A DNA stretch of 58,578 nt from Chrysochromulina tobinii (lineage: Eukaryota): the NCBI GenBank assembly GCA_001275005.1, contig JWZX01003310.1:1-58578 (forward strand), written 5' to 3'. Positions 31,933 through 47,227 of the stretch are shown here, piece after piece. The translations under genes and the position numbers were made by a program. Under the pieces are notes generated by a model that was not told the origin of the DNA, searched no databases, and worked only from the letters and a program-made list of their open reading frames with translations. The number at the start of each line of letters is the position of its first letter. Position 1 is the stretch's first letter.

Positions 31933-34628
31933 TTACCTACGATCTCGCGGCGACGAAGCCGTATGTGGCTTGTACTCGAGGCCCATCGCTTGCAGCGTGC
32001 GTGTAAGGGCGTCCGCCCGCGCGAGCGATTGCGGCGTCGGCGGCGGCGTCGGCGGCGGCGATGACGTTGTCGACGACGTTGACGACGGCGGCGAATGAAG
32101 CGGCTGCGGCAGCAAAAGCGGCGGTAATCGCGGAGACTCTCCTGGGATGGTCGTCGCCATCGCCTCTGCGTGCCTAGGAGGTGAGCGAGGTGGCAAGTTC
32201 ATTTCGAGCTCGCTTTCCGTGCCGTAGCTGCTCCCGTTAGAGGGGATGCCAGGTCGAGCAATAAATTGGTCCAGGTGGCCCATGGCTGAGGACGCCGCGG
32301 CCCGCGAGGGGGATGCCGCTCTCCAAAGTGGTGCCGCAGCGCGCGAAGGCTCTGGCGGGCCCGCGGCTCTGACAACGGCTGACATGCTTTGGGTGGAGTG
32401 CGGGGCGGCGCCCCCGGCAGCGATCGCGAGGGCGGCACTGTCCGTAGGCAGAGGTGCACTGTCCCGAGGCGGACCGGTACCCCTCGGCCTCACTGTCGCT
32501 TTGAATCGGGAAAGTAGGATCTGACGCCTAGATCGCTTATCAATCGGCACCATCTCGACCCCCAACGCATCCGGCCCAGGCGCCCTCGCTGCCCTAACGG
32601 GCCGAGCAGTACTCGCGCCCGTGTCCTCGACGTCAATCGGGTCCGAGGCGTCGTTCCGAGCAGTACTCGCGCCCGAGTCGTCGACGTCATTCGGGCCCGA
32701 GGCATCGCTGGTGCGATGCCCGTCCCTCAAGTGGTCCCCGTTTTGTGACTCCTCTGGGGGAGTAGAGTTCGGGTTAGGGTTAGGGTGGTCCCCGTCTTGT
32801 GACTCCTCTTGGGGAGTCGAGTTCCTCGAGTAGAGGGCGTGGAGGGCGAACGATCGCTCGTACTTGAGTCGCTCCTTCTCCCGTGCGAGCTGAGCGTTGC
32901 GCCGGTGCGAGTTCCTACGCGCACACCCAACAGCCAAGCACGATCGGTCAGTGAAGCCAAGGACGGTCGGTCAGTGAAGCCACCGGCGCGTGCTCATTCA
33001 GCTTCAAAAGGCACAGGGAAGGCTCACCAGAGCAACAGTGCAGACACAGTGAGGACCGAGGCCGCGAAGGCCAACGAGGCGCCCAAGACGGCGTAGTTGT
33101 CGTCGAGTGGGCTACCCTCTCTCGTGGGCGCTGTGCTGGGCGCTGTCTGGGGACTCGGAGGTGGACTTGGAGCGTCGGGCTCAAAGTCCGGGAACGGCAC
33201 CAATCCCGTATCCTTACCAGGCACAAGTGAAGCAGCGAAACAGGTGGGTTTGTCCGCATGGAGGGACAGCGCCTTCGAGCCGAACGACGCGTCGCCCATG
33301 AAAGTACCGCTCACGAGCACACGTCCACTGCCGGTGTAGTGTGCGATGCCAAGGCCGTACCGGAAGCCTGGTTCGCTGGACGTGCTACTAGCCCGGACAA
33401 CCCAGTCAATCGCGCCCGACGCCGTCACGTGCGTCACAAAAGCGTCGTAGGCGTTGTTGTCCGTAACGTATTCGTACATTTGAAACCACGCCGTGCCAGC
33501 AAAGGAGCCGATCACGAAAGCGCCGCCCACGCCATCGTGCGCGATGCCGCGGCCTTCGTCGTTGGACGCACCGCCCGCCTGTATGGCCCAGTCGATGACG
33601 CCCGATGCCGTCACGTGCATCACGAAAGCGTCGGCGTTGCCGCGGCTTACAAGCGTCGTCGAGCCGAACGAAGCCTTGCCCATGAAGTCGCCCGTGACGA
33701 GAGCACCCCCTGCGCCATCCTGCGCGATGCCGTGCCCATGGTTTGAACCCATGCCCCCCGCCTGGACGGCCCAGCCGATGGCCCCCGACGCCGTCATGTG
33801 CATCACGAAGATATCTAACGTGCCGGTGCTCGCGAGTGACGTCGAGCCGAACGATGTTTCGCCCCTAAAGTCGCCCGTCACGAAAGCACCCCCAGCGCTA
33901 TCGTGCGCGATGCCGTAGTACTCGATGCTGTTGCCTGCTTCATCGAACTCGCCGCCCGCCTGGACGGCCCAGTCGATGACGCCCGACGCTGTCACGTGCA
34001 TCACAAAGGCGCCGTAACTGCCGCGGCTTACGAGTGTCGTCGAGCCGAACGAAGCATTGCCCCTGAAGTCGCCCGTGACGAGAGCACCACCCATGCCATC
34101 TTGCGCGATATCGTAGCCATGGTCTGGGCCCATGCCGCCCGCCTGCACGGCCCAGTCGATGGTCCCAGACGCCGTCACGTGCATCACGAACGCATCGTAC
34201 ACGAACCCTGAAGCTTCGAGCACGGTCGAGCCGAACAATGCCTTGCCAGCGAAGTACCCTGCCACGAAAGCACCCCCGGCGTCATCAGACGCTATGCTGT
34301 AGCCTACGCATTCGGATTCTCCACCAGCCTTCACACCCCAGTCAATTGTGCCAGACGCCGTCACGTGCATCACGAAAGTGCTCATACTCCTGCTGGATAG
34401 GAGGGACGTCGAGCCGAACAATCCCTTATCGCTGAACCAGCCTGTCACGAAAGAACCGCCTGCGCCATCGGGGGCGATGGTACTGCCAGAGCCGGCCGAC
34501 TGGACAGCCCATGCGGGAGCCTGGACAGCCGTCGTCGCGGGAGGTTCCAATCGTACGGGTGGCGGAGGCAGCGGCACGGTTTCTGGTGGTTGCACGAACA
34601 TTAACGGCACCATCATGAGCACGATCAT
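31933..34628 (-). CDS. Type-I membrane protein with SBBP-like beta-propeller repeats (about 860 aa)
   Basis: About 7 repeats of DGxGGxxVTGxFxGxxxFGSTxLxSxG.DxFVMHVTASGxIDWxVQAGG, a TM helix, intron 32915-33027 (GTGAGC...CTGAC...TAG), then a low-complexity tail. Confidence 0.8.
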
Positions 34629-34734
34629 GTGTGGTCTCCGTCTCGCTGCAACAAGAACCCAGAAAGGAAACGCGTCTCTTGAAATTGATTTAGAACTTCA
34701 TCCAGAAAGTCAGTTTCGTCGCGGTGCTCCCGCG

Positions 34735-34772
34735 CTCAAGTTCAAGTTCAAGTTCAAGTTCAAGTTCAACAA
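34735..34772. repeat. (TCAAGT)n microsatellite between CTCCCGCGCTCA direct repeats
   Basis: Directly visible; adjoins an AT-richer non-coding block to about 35100. Confidence 0.75.
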
Positions 34773-35152
34773 CTTGAACTCCCGCGCTCACCACTAGAAC
34801 TTTGATATAGAACTTGAGTGAGAACCCAACGCGCAAATAGTTTGGCATGGATGGGGAGGATTCTTTTGGATTGACACATGGATCCGATGATACGCCCAGA
34901 CCCCACCTTACTCCTTAGCGCACCTTCCTGACTTGGACGCTCTCTGAGCGGATTTTGGGTCAATATTTTGGGTAATAAACAAGTCAGAGCCGATCTAGTA
35001 CCCAGTCCCAGACGCGCGGTTAGTTTTAAGTTTAAAGGACACCGCGGGTGTAATGACAGAGAGGCGGTACCATAGTAATCATTTCCACAGACACCAAGAC
35101 ACGTCATCGAGAGCAACGCTGGAAGGATGTAGATTGTTGCGAGAGCGTGGCC

Positions 35153-36381
35153 TTATCGAGCTGCACCATCTCGCCTGCAACCCCGCCATTGCTGCGAGAG
35201 GCGCCCGAGCCCGCAGCGAGTGGCCGCTGCCGGCGCCGAGCGGGTGGATCGCATGGGACTCGGCAGGCAGCCACTCGGCAGGTAGCCGCAGCCGCTTGGC
35301 AGGTAGCCAGCCTCGGCCTCGTCATGCGTGTCCTGCCGGTACGGTAATGATGGGGGCCAGCTGCTGCACTCTGCCTGCCCACCGCCGCCGCTGCCAGCGG
35401 CAGCAGCGTGCAACGAATGGATGAGCGAATGGCTCGCGCCACGTCGCCCATCACCACTCCGCCTCGCATGCATGCATGCATGCTCACGTCGCCCATCTCC
35501 ACTCCGCCTCGCATGCATGCATGCATGCTCAAGCGATCGCTGTGTCTCGAGTCTCTCCAACTCGTCTAACGGTTCGTTCTCGAACCGCTCTGCTGAGGAG
35601 GCCCCCGAGCTGGATGAGGTGCCATTGCGGGCCTCCACCTGGTCGAGCGCATCGCCGCCACCATCGCCCTCGGCAGTGGCGTTGTCGTGGGCGAGGCTGT
35701 GCCAACCGCCTGCATAGCCGCTGTTGCCGTACGCCGGAAGCCGGCCCTCTTCGTCCACGGCGCCGCCGCCCGTGATCTCCGTCTCCGCCCTCCGCCCTCC
35801 GCCTCCGCCTCCGCCTCCGCCTCCCCCTGCGCCTCCGCCTCCGCCTCCGCCGCGTCCACCGCCTGCATGCCGTCGTCATCGCTGTCGTCATCGTCATCAC
35901 CGTCATCGCCGTCGCCGCTGCGGCCGTCGCCTGGCCGCCCGGCCGCTGAAGCGACGCTAGCGTCCGGCGGCGCGACTAACGGCCGGCGCGCCGCCTCCTG
36001 CATCCGGCGGCGACGCTCGCGCTCTGCTTGCTGTCGGCGCTCGCGCTGGTGGAGGAGCAGGTACCGCTCGCGTTCGGACGTCGACAGCCACGAGGAGCTG
36101 ACGAGCGGCGCACTGCTCTTCGGATCGTAGCGCTGCATCGCGCGCGCACTCAGCTTCCGCTCGCGTTGTCGCTCGTTGAGCCACTCTTTCTTCGCCGCTT
36201 CGGCGAGATCACCGCTCGGCGTGGGGGGTATTTGCTGAGACGCCGCGCGCAACCTGTGTCGCTGCGCCTCCGCCCACTCCTGCCGCCGCGCGGTCAGCCA
36301 CGTCTCCTTCTCGCGCGCCCAGGTGACATCATCGTACAACAGGGTCTCAACGTTCGCCGCGTCAGCCGAAGCGCGGCACAT
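35153..36381 (-). CDS. Hypothetical charged/coiled-coil protein with an apparent frameshift in a (GCGGAG)n tract
   Basis: Two overlapping ORFs join if two extra G bases near 35788-35797 are removed. Confidence 0.45.
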
Positions 36382-36573
36382 GTGTCCTCGCCGCGCTTTG
36401 ACCAATCATCGCGAAGGTCCCGCGCCCCTCCGTGATGTCAAACAAGTCAAGCCTTGTCAAGTCTCGTCAAGTGTGAACGTCAACACGACAAAGAACTGTG
36501 AAGCAAATCGCCGACGGATTCACGACATAGGAATTACGGAAGTTCCCGCGACCTCATCAAGTTGGTGTTCATC

Positions 36574-39155
<2,582 letters not shown>

Positions 39156-39698
39156 GGGGAGCGCTCAGCACGGTGCCCGTTACGGCGCCCGGCCACCACT
39201 CAGTGTGGGGAGCGCTCCGTACGGCGCTCGGAACGGCGCTCGGCCGCCACTCAGTGAGGGGAGCGCTCGGTACGGCGCTCGAGCACCGTTCATGAGGAGA
39301 GAGCTCATTACGGCGCCGGTGCTCGGAGAGGCCGGCGATCTCGGAAGCGATCTCGGAGACTGGAGATCGGACGTCGGAGCTTCTCGCTTACGGAGGAATG
39401 GGCAGTTATTATCCTACGGAGATATATTCATATATTCGGAGGAGAGCTCCGAGACATGAAGCGCTCCGAGATAGAAGAACACCGGTCACCGCAGCAGGCC
39501 GCTGCTGGGAGGCGCGCGCGCAAGGACAAGCGAGCGCCTCCATGGGTGTGCTGTAGCACTGGCATATGGTGCATGCCTTGTCCCGTATGGCCGAATTCTG
39601 TCCAAACAGGGCCAAACTTGATTGCCCAAATACTTTTGACGAAGAGTGGACCGCAAAACTCCGACCGCGTGAACGACGAGACGGTGCTCCCCTACGAC

Positions 39699-40535
39699 AT
39701 GGCTGCATACGCGTCGGTGGACGTGGAATGGTTCTATGCGCGCTCCAAACAGCAGCAAGGGCCTGTCAGCTTTGGGGAGCTCGCGGCGTTGCTCGCGATG
39801 GGCAAGGGACCCGGCATCACGCCCGAGACCCTCGTTTGGTGTGAGGGCTTGACAGCGTGGACGCGCATCAAGGAGAACGTCGCGCTGCTGGCCGAATTGC
39901 AGGGCGCAGCTGCACTGGCGGCTCCTCCTCCCTCGCATGCCGCGCCCGAACCTCTTCCGCCCCTGCCTGCCACACCTTCCTTGCCCTTTCCGCCTGTGGC
40001 ACCATCATCCTGTCCAGCTCCGCCAGCGCCAGCGTTCCCGGATCATGAGGGAGTCGACCGCACCCGAGTGGGATTCGCACGCTGTGAAGATGATTGCACA
40101 CGTGTGGATGCGCAGGCGCAGCATGCCTTCGTGGCCAGGGACGCTGTGAAGATGATTGGAGGAGCCGTTGGAGCCGTTGGAGCCGTTGGAGCCGTTGGAG
40201 CCGTTGGAGCCATTGGAGCGGGCCCGAGCCGTTGGAGTGGCACTTCTGGAGTGAGTGCTCCGGTCTCCATGCTTGAGCCGCAGCACCAAGCGCTGCAGCA
40301 GCTGGAGCAGCTGAAGAGTCGCTGGATGCAGACTGCCGAGCTCTACTTTGCAACGGATGCACCCGAGCGCCGCTTGGCGCTCGAGCAGAGCATGCGTGCG
40401 AGCGCAGAGCTCACCATGGAGATGCATGTGCGGCTGGGTGGCGACAGGGAGGCATTGGCGACGGACATGGACCAGTACTGCTTTGAAGTGCAACAGAGGC
40501 TGCGGGAGGTAGCCCAGCTGAGCTATCGCACAGCG

Positions 40536-40595
<60 letters not shown>

Positions 40596-42747
40596 CAGTT
40601 CTATCGGCAGCAGCCAACGCTGAGCACCAGCCCGCCGCAGCAGCACTGGCTACCGCATCACTCATCGTATCCGCCGCAACAACCACCTCTGCCACCTCAG
40701 CCGCCGCCGCCGCCGCAGCAGCATCAACAGCACGAGTGGCAGCGGCCAGCGCAGCCGCCCCTTCCTAAATCTCCTCCTCCCGCACCATCGCCGCTATCCC
40801 ATCCGCCACCGCAGCACCCTCCTCCGCTACAGCCTCCACTTCCGCAGGAGCAGCCTTTCGTTCAGCTCAAGCCGGTGGCGTCCGCACCTGCGCCACTGCC
40901 GCCGCTGCCGCCGCTGCCGCCGCTGCCGCCAACACCAACGCCAACGCCGCCAACACCGGTGGCGGCGGCGGCGGCGGCGAGCTCCTCATCCGATCTCGGG
41001 CTGAGCTCCTCATCCGATCTCGGGCTGAGCTCCTCATCCGATCTCGGGCTGAGCTCCTCATCCGATCTCGGGCTGAGCTCCTCATCCGATCTCGGGCTGC
41101 AGAAGCTGCTCGCTCAGCTCGACGCGCTGCATGGAGCGGGAGACCCTAGCCTGCAGCCTCCCGACGGGCGTCGTATCGGGCGCCTGCAGCCTCCCGACGG
41201 GCGTCGTATCGGGCGCCTGGAGCCTCCCGACGGGCGTCGTATCGGGCGCCTGGGGCCTCCTGCGACGCTCCTGTCGGGCGTCGTATCGGGCGCCGCGCCG
41301 GGCACCCTGCCGCCGGGCCTGCTACCTGCCGCGTTGCTACCGGCCGCGATGCTACCCGCCGCGTCGCTGCCCACTTCGTCGTTCCTCGCCAACCTCCTTG
41401 CGGACGTTGCGCGTGCCGCACCAGCCGCCGCGCCAGCCGCCGCGCCCGCCGCCGTGCCCACCGCCGTGCCCACCGCCGTGCCCACCGCCGTGCCCCCCGC
41501 CGCCAGGGCGGCAGTGAGCTGGGCGAGCGTAGCTGGATCGTCTAGGGACGCAGCGGCGGTTGAGCCGGTGGACATAACGTCCGAATCGCCTGCGGCGGCG
41601 TATGACACACCGTCGGCCATGGTGCCGATGGTGCCGATGATGCCGTCACTCGATACGGCGCCACAGGCCGACGAGGGAGACCGCGCGCGGGCGGCGCAGC
41701 TTCAGTCCGAGGCGTCGTACCGGGCGGCGCAGCTTCAGTCCGAGGCGTCGTACCGGGCGGCGCAGCTTCAGTCCGAGGCGTCGTACCGGGCGGCGCAGCT
41801 TCAATCCGAGGCGGCGGACGATGAGGAGGAGGCGCGACAGATGGCGGATGCTATCCGCGCGTCTCTGGCCTCCGCCGAGGCCGAGGCCGCCGCCGACGCC
41901 GCGCGCCCTCTGTTCGACGCCGACACGGCGCCCGAGGAGTTTTTGCGCTCGATGCAAGCCGAGATCGCCACGCAGACGTATGCGGAGGCGGAGGCGGCGT
42001 TCGCGGCACGGTTGGAGGCGGAGGGTCTACTGACTGTGTGTGTGCCCCGGGACGGGGACTGTGCCTTCCGATGCGCGCACCTCTGGCAGCTGCTCCTCGA
42101 TGTGGCGAGCGGTCGGGCGAGCGACGATGCCTTGCTGCATGAGTTTGGTGACTGGGTGCGCGAGGGCCGGCTCGCGTCGCGTCGCTCCTCAGCGAGTACG
42201 TCGGCGCGTGCGAGCCTCGTCGAGAGCCGCGCCGGCTCGCCGCGGCCAGAGACATCCTCAGCAGCACTCACGCCGGCGCCGACGCGCACGCCGCCTGCGC
42301 CCCTCTCGCTGCATCATCAGCTGCGATGCCGTACAGTCGAGCACCTCTTGCAGAAGCTCGCCGACCCTCATTCGCCCGAGGCCGAGCGAGTCGAGGCCCT
42401 CCTAGCAGACGCGTGCCGCGGTACATGCCGTGACGGCACGAGCAAGCGGCTTCGTCGCCGGCTGCGCTCAACACAACGCTCCTCCGCCGCCCCGCCGGCG
42501 CCGGCGGCGGACGTGCGTGAGGCATCCGGTGACGACGAGGAGGACGATGCACCGAGCCCCTTGGACATGCGTGAACTCTCCCTTGCGAAGCGCCACTCGG
42601 TGTACCTCGAGACCATGAGAGAGCCCGGTGTCTTTGCCGAGAGGCTCGAGCTCGAGGCGCTCAGCGCAACGCTTGGAGTGCCCATCCATGTCTACTTCTG
42701 CACCAATGCGGAGGCGGAGCTCGCCGCCGCTCAGCTGCGCGAGGCGA

Positions 42748-42784
<37 letters not shown>

Positions 42785-44936
42785 CGGCGGTGGCGGCGGA
42801 GCACCCTCGCCTGACGGGCCGTCGACCGACGAGGCAAGCGGCAAGGGCAGCAAGGCAGGCGAGGGCGGTAGCAACGGAGGCAGCGGCGGCAACGGCAAGA
42901 GGGTCCACCGGCCCGGCAAAGGTGGCAGGCATGGTCGGCGTCTGCCCCGCCCTGCCGAGGTGCTCGGTACGGAGAATCGTAAGCTCGAGGCAGCGGGAGA
43001 TGAGAAGCATAGCGCCAAGGGCGGCGCCGGCGGCAGGAATGGCGGCCGGCGCTCGAGCGGCGGGAGCGGCGGCGGCGGCGGTGGCGGCGGTTTCGGAGGG
43101 GAGCCTCTGCGTTTACTGCATCGCGTGAGCGCGCGTCACTTCGACCTTCTCCTTCCTCTCGGCTCCCCCGCTGCGCAGGCGGCCATGGTGGCCTTAACGG
43201 TGGCCAAGGCTGAGGAGGCCTATGAAGAGGCCGAGGCTGACGACTCACAGGTGCTGCGTGTGGGGGAGGCGGGGCCTCCCGTGTCCTCCGCGGCGACGAA
43301 GCTTGAGGCGAGCAGCAACGAGCGGATGGAGGGGATGGGTGCGACGCTCGAGATGAGGGACGCGATGGCCGCGCAGCTGCAGACGAGCCGCGCGCCGCCG
43401 TCGCCGCCCTCGGCGCCGGCAGAGAGCGCCCCGCTGCATGTGGAGGCCACAGTCCCCTCCACGGACAGCAGATCGCCAACGCTCTCCAAGCGCGCCTCCC
43501 AGGCTCCCAGCTCCCAGGCTGTGAAGCTCCCAACTGGCTGTGAAGCTCCCAGCTCCCAGGCTGTGAAGCTCCCAACTGGCTGTGAAGCTCCCAGCTCCCA
43601 GGCTGTGAAACTCCCAACTGGCTGTGAAGCTCCCAGCTCCCCGGCTCGCAGCTCCCCGGCCTCGCCGACGGCCACGCTGGCGGACGGGGCGGCGGATGGG
43701 CTTGACCGGGCTGCTGCTCGTGGGGCCGACGAGGCGAACCCGGATTCGCCGGAGCTCTATGCCATCTCGGAGGACGCGAGATCGCAGGTGGACCCGGAAT
43801 TATCGGAGCTCTATGCCATCTCGGAGGACGCGAGATCGCAGGTGGACCCGGAATTATCGGAGCTCTATGCCATCTCGGAGGACGCGAGATCGCTGCTGCT
43901 CAATATCATCGGGCGGGAGTTTGAGGAGGCGGTCGACTACGCACTCCACGTACTGCTCGATGCGGTCGAGAGTTGCGATCAGACCGAGGGCTCGAAAGGC
44001 AGCGGCGCCGCCGTGGCCGACCTCGAAGGTGCTGGCTGGCGGCCGGGAGAGGGCGCCGTGGCGGGCGTGGCGGGTGCGCTCCTCGAAACGCTCGAGGCGC
44101 ACTATGATGGTGATCTGCCGCGTGCCTCGCTCCAGCGCGTCGCCCGCCGAGCCCATGAGCTCGTGAGCAGCGGTCGCCATGGACTGCCCACAGCACCCGA
44201 GGCATGGATCACGCCCGCGGCGGCGCGTCGGCCGGAGCCGCCGGCCGCCGGCGCCGCCGGCGCCCGTCCGAGATTCAGCGGCAAGGACGGCAACGGCAAG
44301 GACGGCAGCGGCAAGGACGGCAGCGGCAAGGACGGCAGCGGCAAGGACGGCAGCGGCAAGGACGGCAGCAAGGAGGGTGGGCGGCCGGCCGATGGGCGCC
44401 TGGCACGTTGCCAGGGGAGGGGCTCAGGGCAGTCGCCGCTCAGCACGGCGCCGCCGCCAGGGTACGCCGAGGCGATCGCGATGCTGCAGGAGCTCAAGCC
44501 TGGTGTGAGCGAGGCCCTGTGCGCGCACGTGCTGCGCCAGAGTGCGGGGGATTCAGGTGCGGCGGCCGAGCTGCTCTTCTCGAGTGACGAAGCCGAGCTC
44601 GAGCGTCAGGTGCAGGTGGAGCTTGCGCGCGAGACGGAGGAGCGGCGCCAACTGGCGAAGGCCGACAAAGACGCGCGCAGGCGCGCCATCGAGCGCAACG
44701 ACGCGGTGCGCGACCTCGCGGCCGACTGCGTCGAGTTGAGCGCGCCGCGGCTGCCGTACGCCAAGAGCCGCAAAGAGAGCCTCGCCGCCGCCAAGGGGCC
44801 GCGCTACCTCGACGGTCAGGTTGTCGCGCACAAGGGTGAGAAGCACATCGTCGTGGACAACAGGGAGGAGTGGGATGGCGGCAGCCGCGGCCGGGTCAAG
44901 ACCAAAGGCAAGCGCGGGCCAGGCTGGACTGCATGA
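39699..44936 (+). CDS. GYF_2 + UIM-like + OTU-like deubiquitinase + CUE/CUEDC2-like protein
   Basis: EWFY...GPVSF..L...ITPETLVWCEGLTAW (GYF_2); VPRDGDCAF...ELEALS...HFDLL (OTU Cys/His boxes); AIAMLQELKPG (CUE); RYLDGQVVAHKGE (CUEDC2-like). Poly-Q and many tandem duplications. Confidence 0.78.
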
Positions 44937-45799
44937 GGCCAAGTCAAGACCAAAGGCAAGTGCGGGCCAGGCTGGACTGCAAAAGCAGGGTGGAATGATA
45001 CGTTGATAGGGACCCGCCCGGCACGGCGCCAGTCCGTGCTCGTCGCGTCCCTGCTGCTACGTGGTAAGTGCAGGCGAACAAGGAGCTCTGTGGCGTGAGA
45101 GATTTGTGGTTAGGCTACTCGGCTTCCTCCCTTGCCGTCCAGCTCAATGTCGACTTGGTCATCTCGTGTGGCATTGCTGCCGGCTGCGGCGGTGCCGATG
45201 GTCACGTGTCGCCGACGATGATATCGTTTGGTCGTGCGCGGTCCCGTGATCCATTCGAGTGGCCCGTGACTGTCCGCGTGCCGACTCGACTTTTACCTCC
45301 GCGCATTTCTGGTTCTCATCTCGGTTCTCTGTGTCCGTTCGTCTCGTCCTGTGACTTATCGTGTTAACCGTGGTGCGCCGGACCGTGCGGAGCGGTGGTG
45401 CTGCGCGCCGGACCGCGCCGACCACGCCGAGAGGTGAGCAGAGTGGACGTGTGACGGCCGATGCGCGACGTGTGACGTGATGAATCTGATGTGGAATATA
45501 CTGTTTTTGTGTTTACTCACTGTGATCACTGATTTCACAAACGGTCACTACGAAATCAGTGACTTATCTGATGCTCGTTCCGCGCTCGGAAGATCACGCT
45601 CGCTCTCCTGCCACGACGCACGAGACCATCAAATAATGCTTAATGGACAATCCTCAATCTATCGCTCAACCGAGGCGGGGGAACAGCCTGCCGCCAACCG
45701 ATACGCGATAGCACGCGACTAACGGGTGCTGCTGCCTGCTGCGCTGCCCCGCTCCCGCACCGCGGCCGGTCCCGGGTTCCGCCTTCTGCTTCTCGTCTT

Positions 45800-47227
45800 T
45801 CAATCGGTCCAAACTGCGCCGCCACAAGCGCGCCGCGCATCGTCCTCGTCAAAGTGCGTCAGCGTTGCGGCGCCTCCGCTCGCAACCGTCGCAATCAGCG
45901 GCGTTGGCAATGGTGCCTCTGGCGTCAGCGCCGCGAGCGTCGTGCCGACGTCGCCGACTTCGCGCGCCGCCGTTCCCACACCGCGCCTCGCCAAGACCCC
46001 TACATCGCGGCTGCCCCCCCACACCGCCGTACCCAGACCACGCATCTGCGGTGGCATCCAGTGCTCATCGGGAATCCCATAGAAGCAATGCTCCAACGTG
46101 AGCCCTAGGGCAGGTGCCTTGACGACTTCGAGACCGCGCTCGAGCCGCACTGCCTTGCGCCCGCGCGCCTCGAGCAAGGCGCTCACGTCATCAGGCGTGA
46201 GGCGGCCGAGGCCCACTTCTACGAGCGTGCCGCTGATCATGCGCATCATGTTGTACAGGAAGCGATCACACTCGGCGCATATGGTGACGACACTCTCGCT
46301 AGTGCCCACGCCGATTCCAAGCCCGCTCAAGCCACCGTAGCCGGCGTCGCTGACGCCTTCGCCGCCGCTGGCGACGGTGCCCTCGTCCACGGCGGCCGCG
46401 GGTCTGACGCTTGCGGCCGCTGCCACAGGATCCATGAGGCCCGAGTGTCGGCGCACCTCGAGTCGTCGCATGCGCTTCACTGGCGTTCGCGGATCCGTGG
46501 GCTCGCGCACGCCAAAGGTCGAAAAGTCGTGCGTGCCTACCAGCCGCGCGGCCGCCTCAACCATCGCGGGCACATCGAGCTTCTGTTTGCGGCCGAGCGT
46601 CCACCGGTAGCGCGCCGTCATGGGATTGCCCGCGCCCTCGTGCACCGTATACACGTACCGCTTCCCGACGCAGTTCTCGCGTGCGTGGAAGTCCTCGGGT
46701 GCCGGCCTGATGCTGTGCACCTGCACGTCACTCGGCAACCCGCTGCTCAGCGAGCCCAGCGTGCGCTCGAGTACCTCGGCAAGCACCTCGTCAGAGCTGT
46801 CCAGCACCTTGGCAATGTGCGGAACTGGCTTCGAGCCCGGCTCCACGGGCGGCTCGAAGTGGAAGACCTGCGCTCGAGCGTGGACGCCCGCATCGGTGCG
46901 GCCGCTCCCCGCCACGTACACGCGCCCGCCGAGCAGCTTGCTCAGGCGCGCCTCGAGCACGTCCTGGATTGTCTGTAGGCCTGGTTGCTGCGTCTGCCAT
47001 CCCTTGTAGTCGGTGCCATCGTACGCGACGACGCCGCAGAAGCGGCGTGGCAGCGGATTCGCCCGATCGTACGCCTGGCGCGACGCACGCTGGCACATGG
47101 CCCGCAGGCGCTGTGCAGATCGCGTGATGCCAAGTTGCGACTGATTGAAAGGGACGACCGCGTGCGTCGCGCACTCTTGTGTCGTCGAGCGCGCTGTGCT
47201 GCTGCTGCTGAGCGTTGCACACATCAT
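45800..47227 (-). CDS. truA: tRNA pseudouridine(38-40) synthase, TruA family
   Basis: VAYDGTDYKGWQ, GSGRTDAGVHARAQV, FHAR, LVGTHDFSTF, FLYNMMRMISG and APALGLTL. Start is uncertain. Confidence 0.92.
   Translation of the reverse strand: MMCATLSSSSTARSTTQECATHAVVPFNQSQLGITRSAQRLRAMCQRASRQAYDRANPLPRRFCGVVAYDGTDYKGWQTQQPGLQTIQDVLEARLSKLLGGRVYVAGSGRTDAGVHARAQVFHFEPPVEPGSKPVPHIAKVLDSSDEVLAEVLERTLGSLSSGLPSDVQVHSIRPAPEDFHARENCVGKRYVYTVHEGAGNPMTARYRWTLGRKQKLDVPAMVEAAARLVGTHDFSTFGVREPTDPRTPVKRMRRLEVRRHSGLMDPVAAAASVRPAAAVDEGTVASGGEGVSDAGYGGLSGLGIGVGTSESVVTICAECDRFLYNMMRMISGTLVEVGLGRLTPDDVSALLEARGRKAVRLERGLEVVKAPALGLTLEHCFYGIPDEHWMPPQMRGLGTAVWGGSRDVGVLARRGVGTAAREVGDVGTTLAALTPEAPLPTPLIATVASGGAATLTHFDEDDARRACGGAVWTD

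Noticed and set aside
32915..33027. Beta-propeller gene intron as a member of the new families
   Set aside because: No exon duplicate and no cassette; it looks like an ordinary intron.
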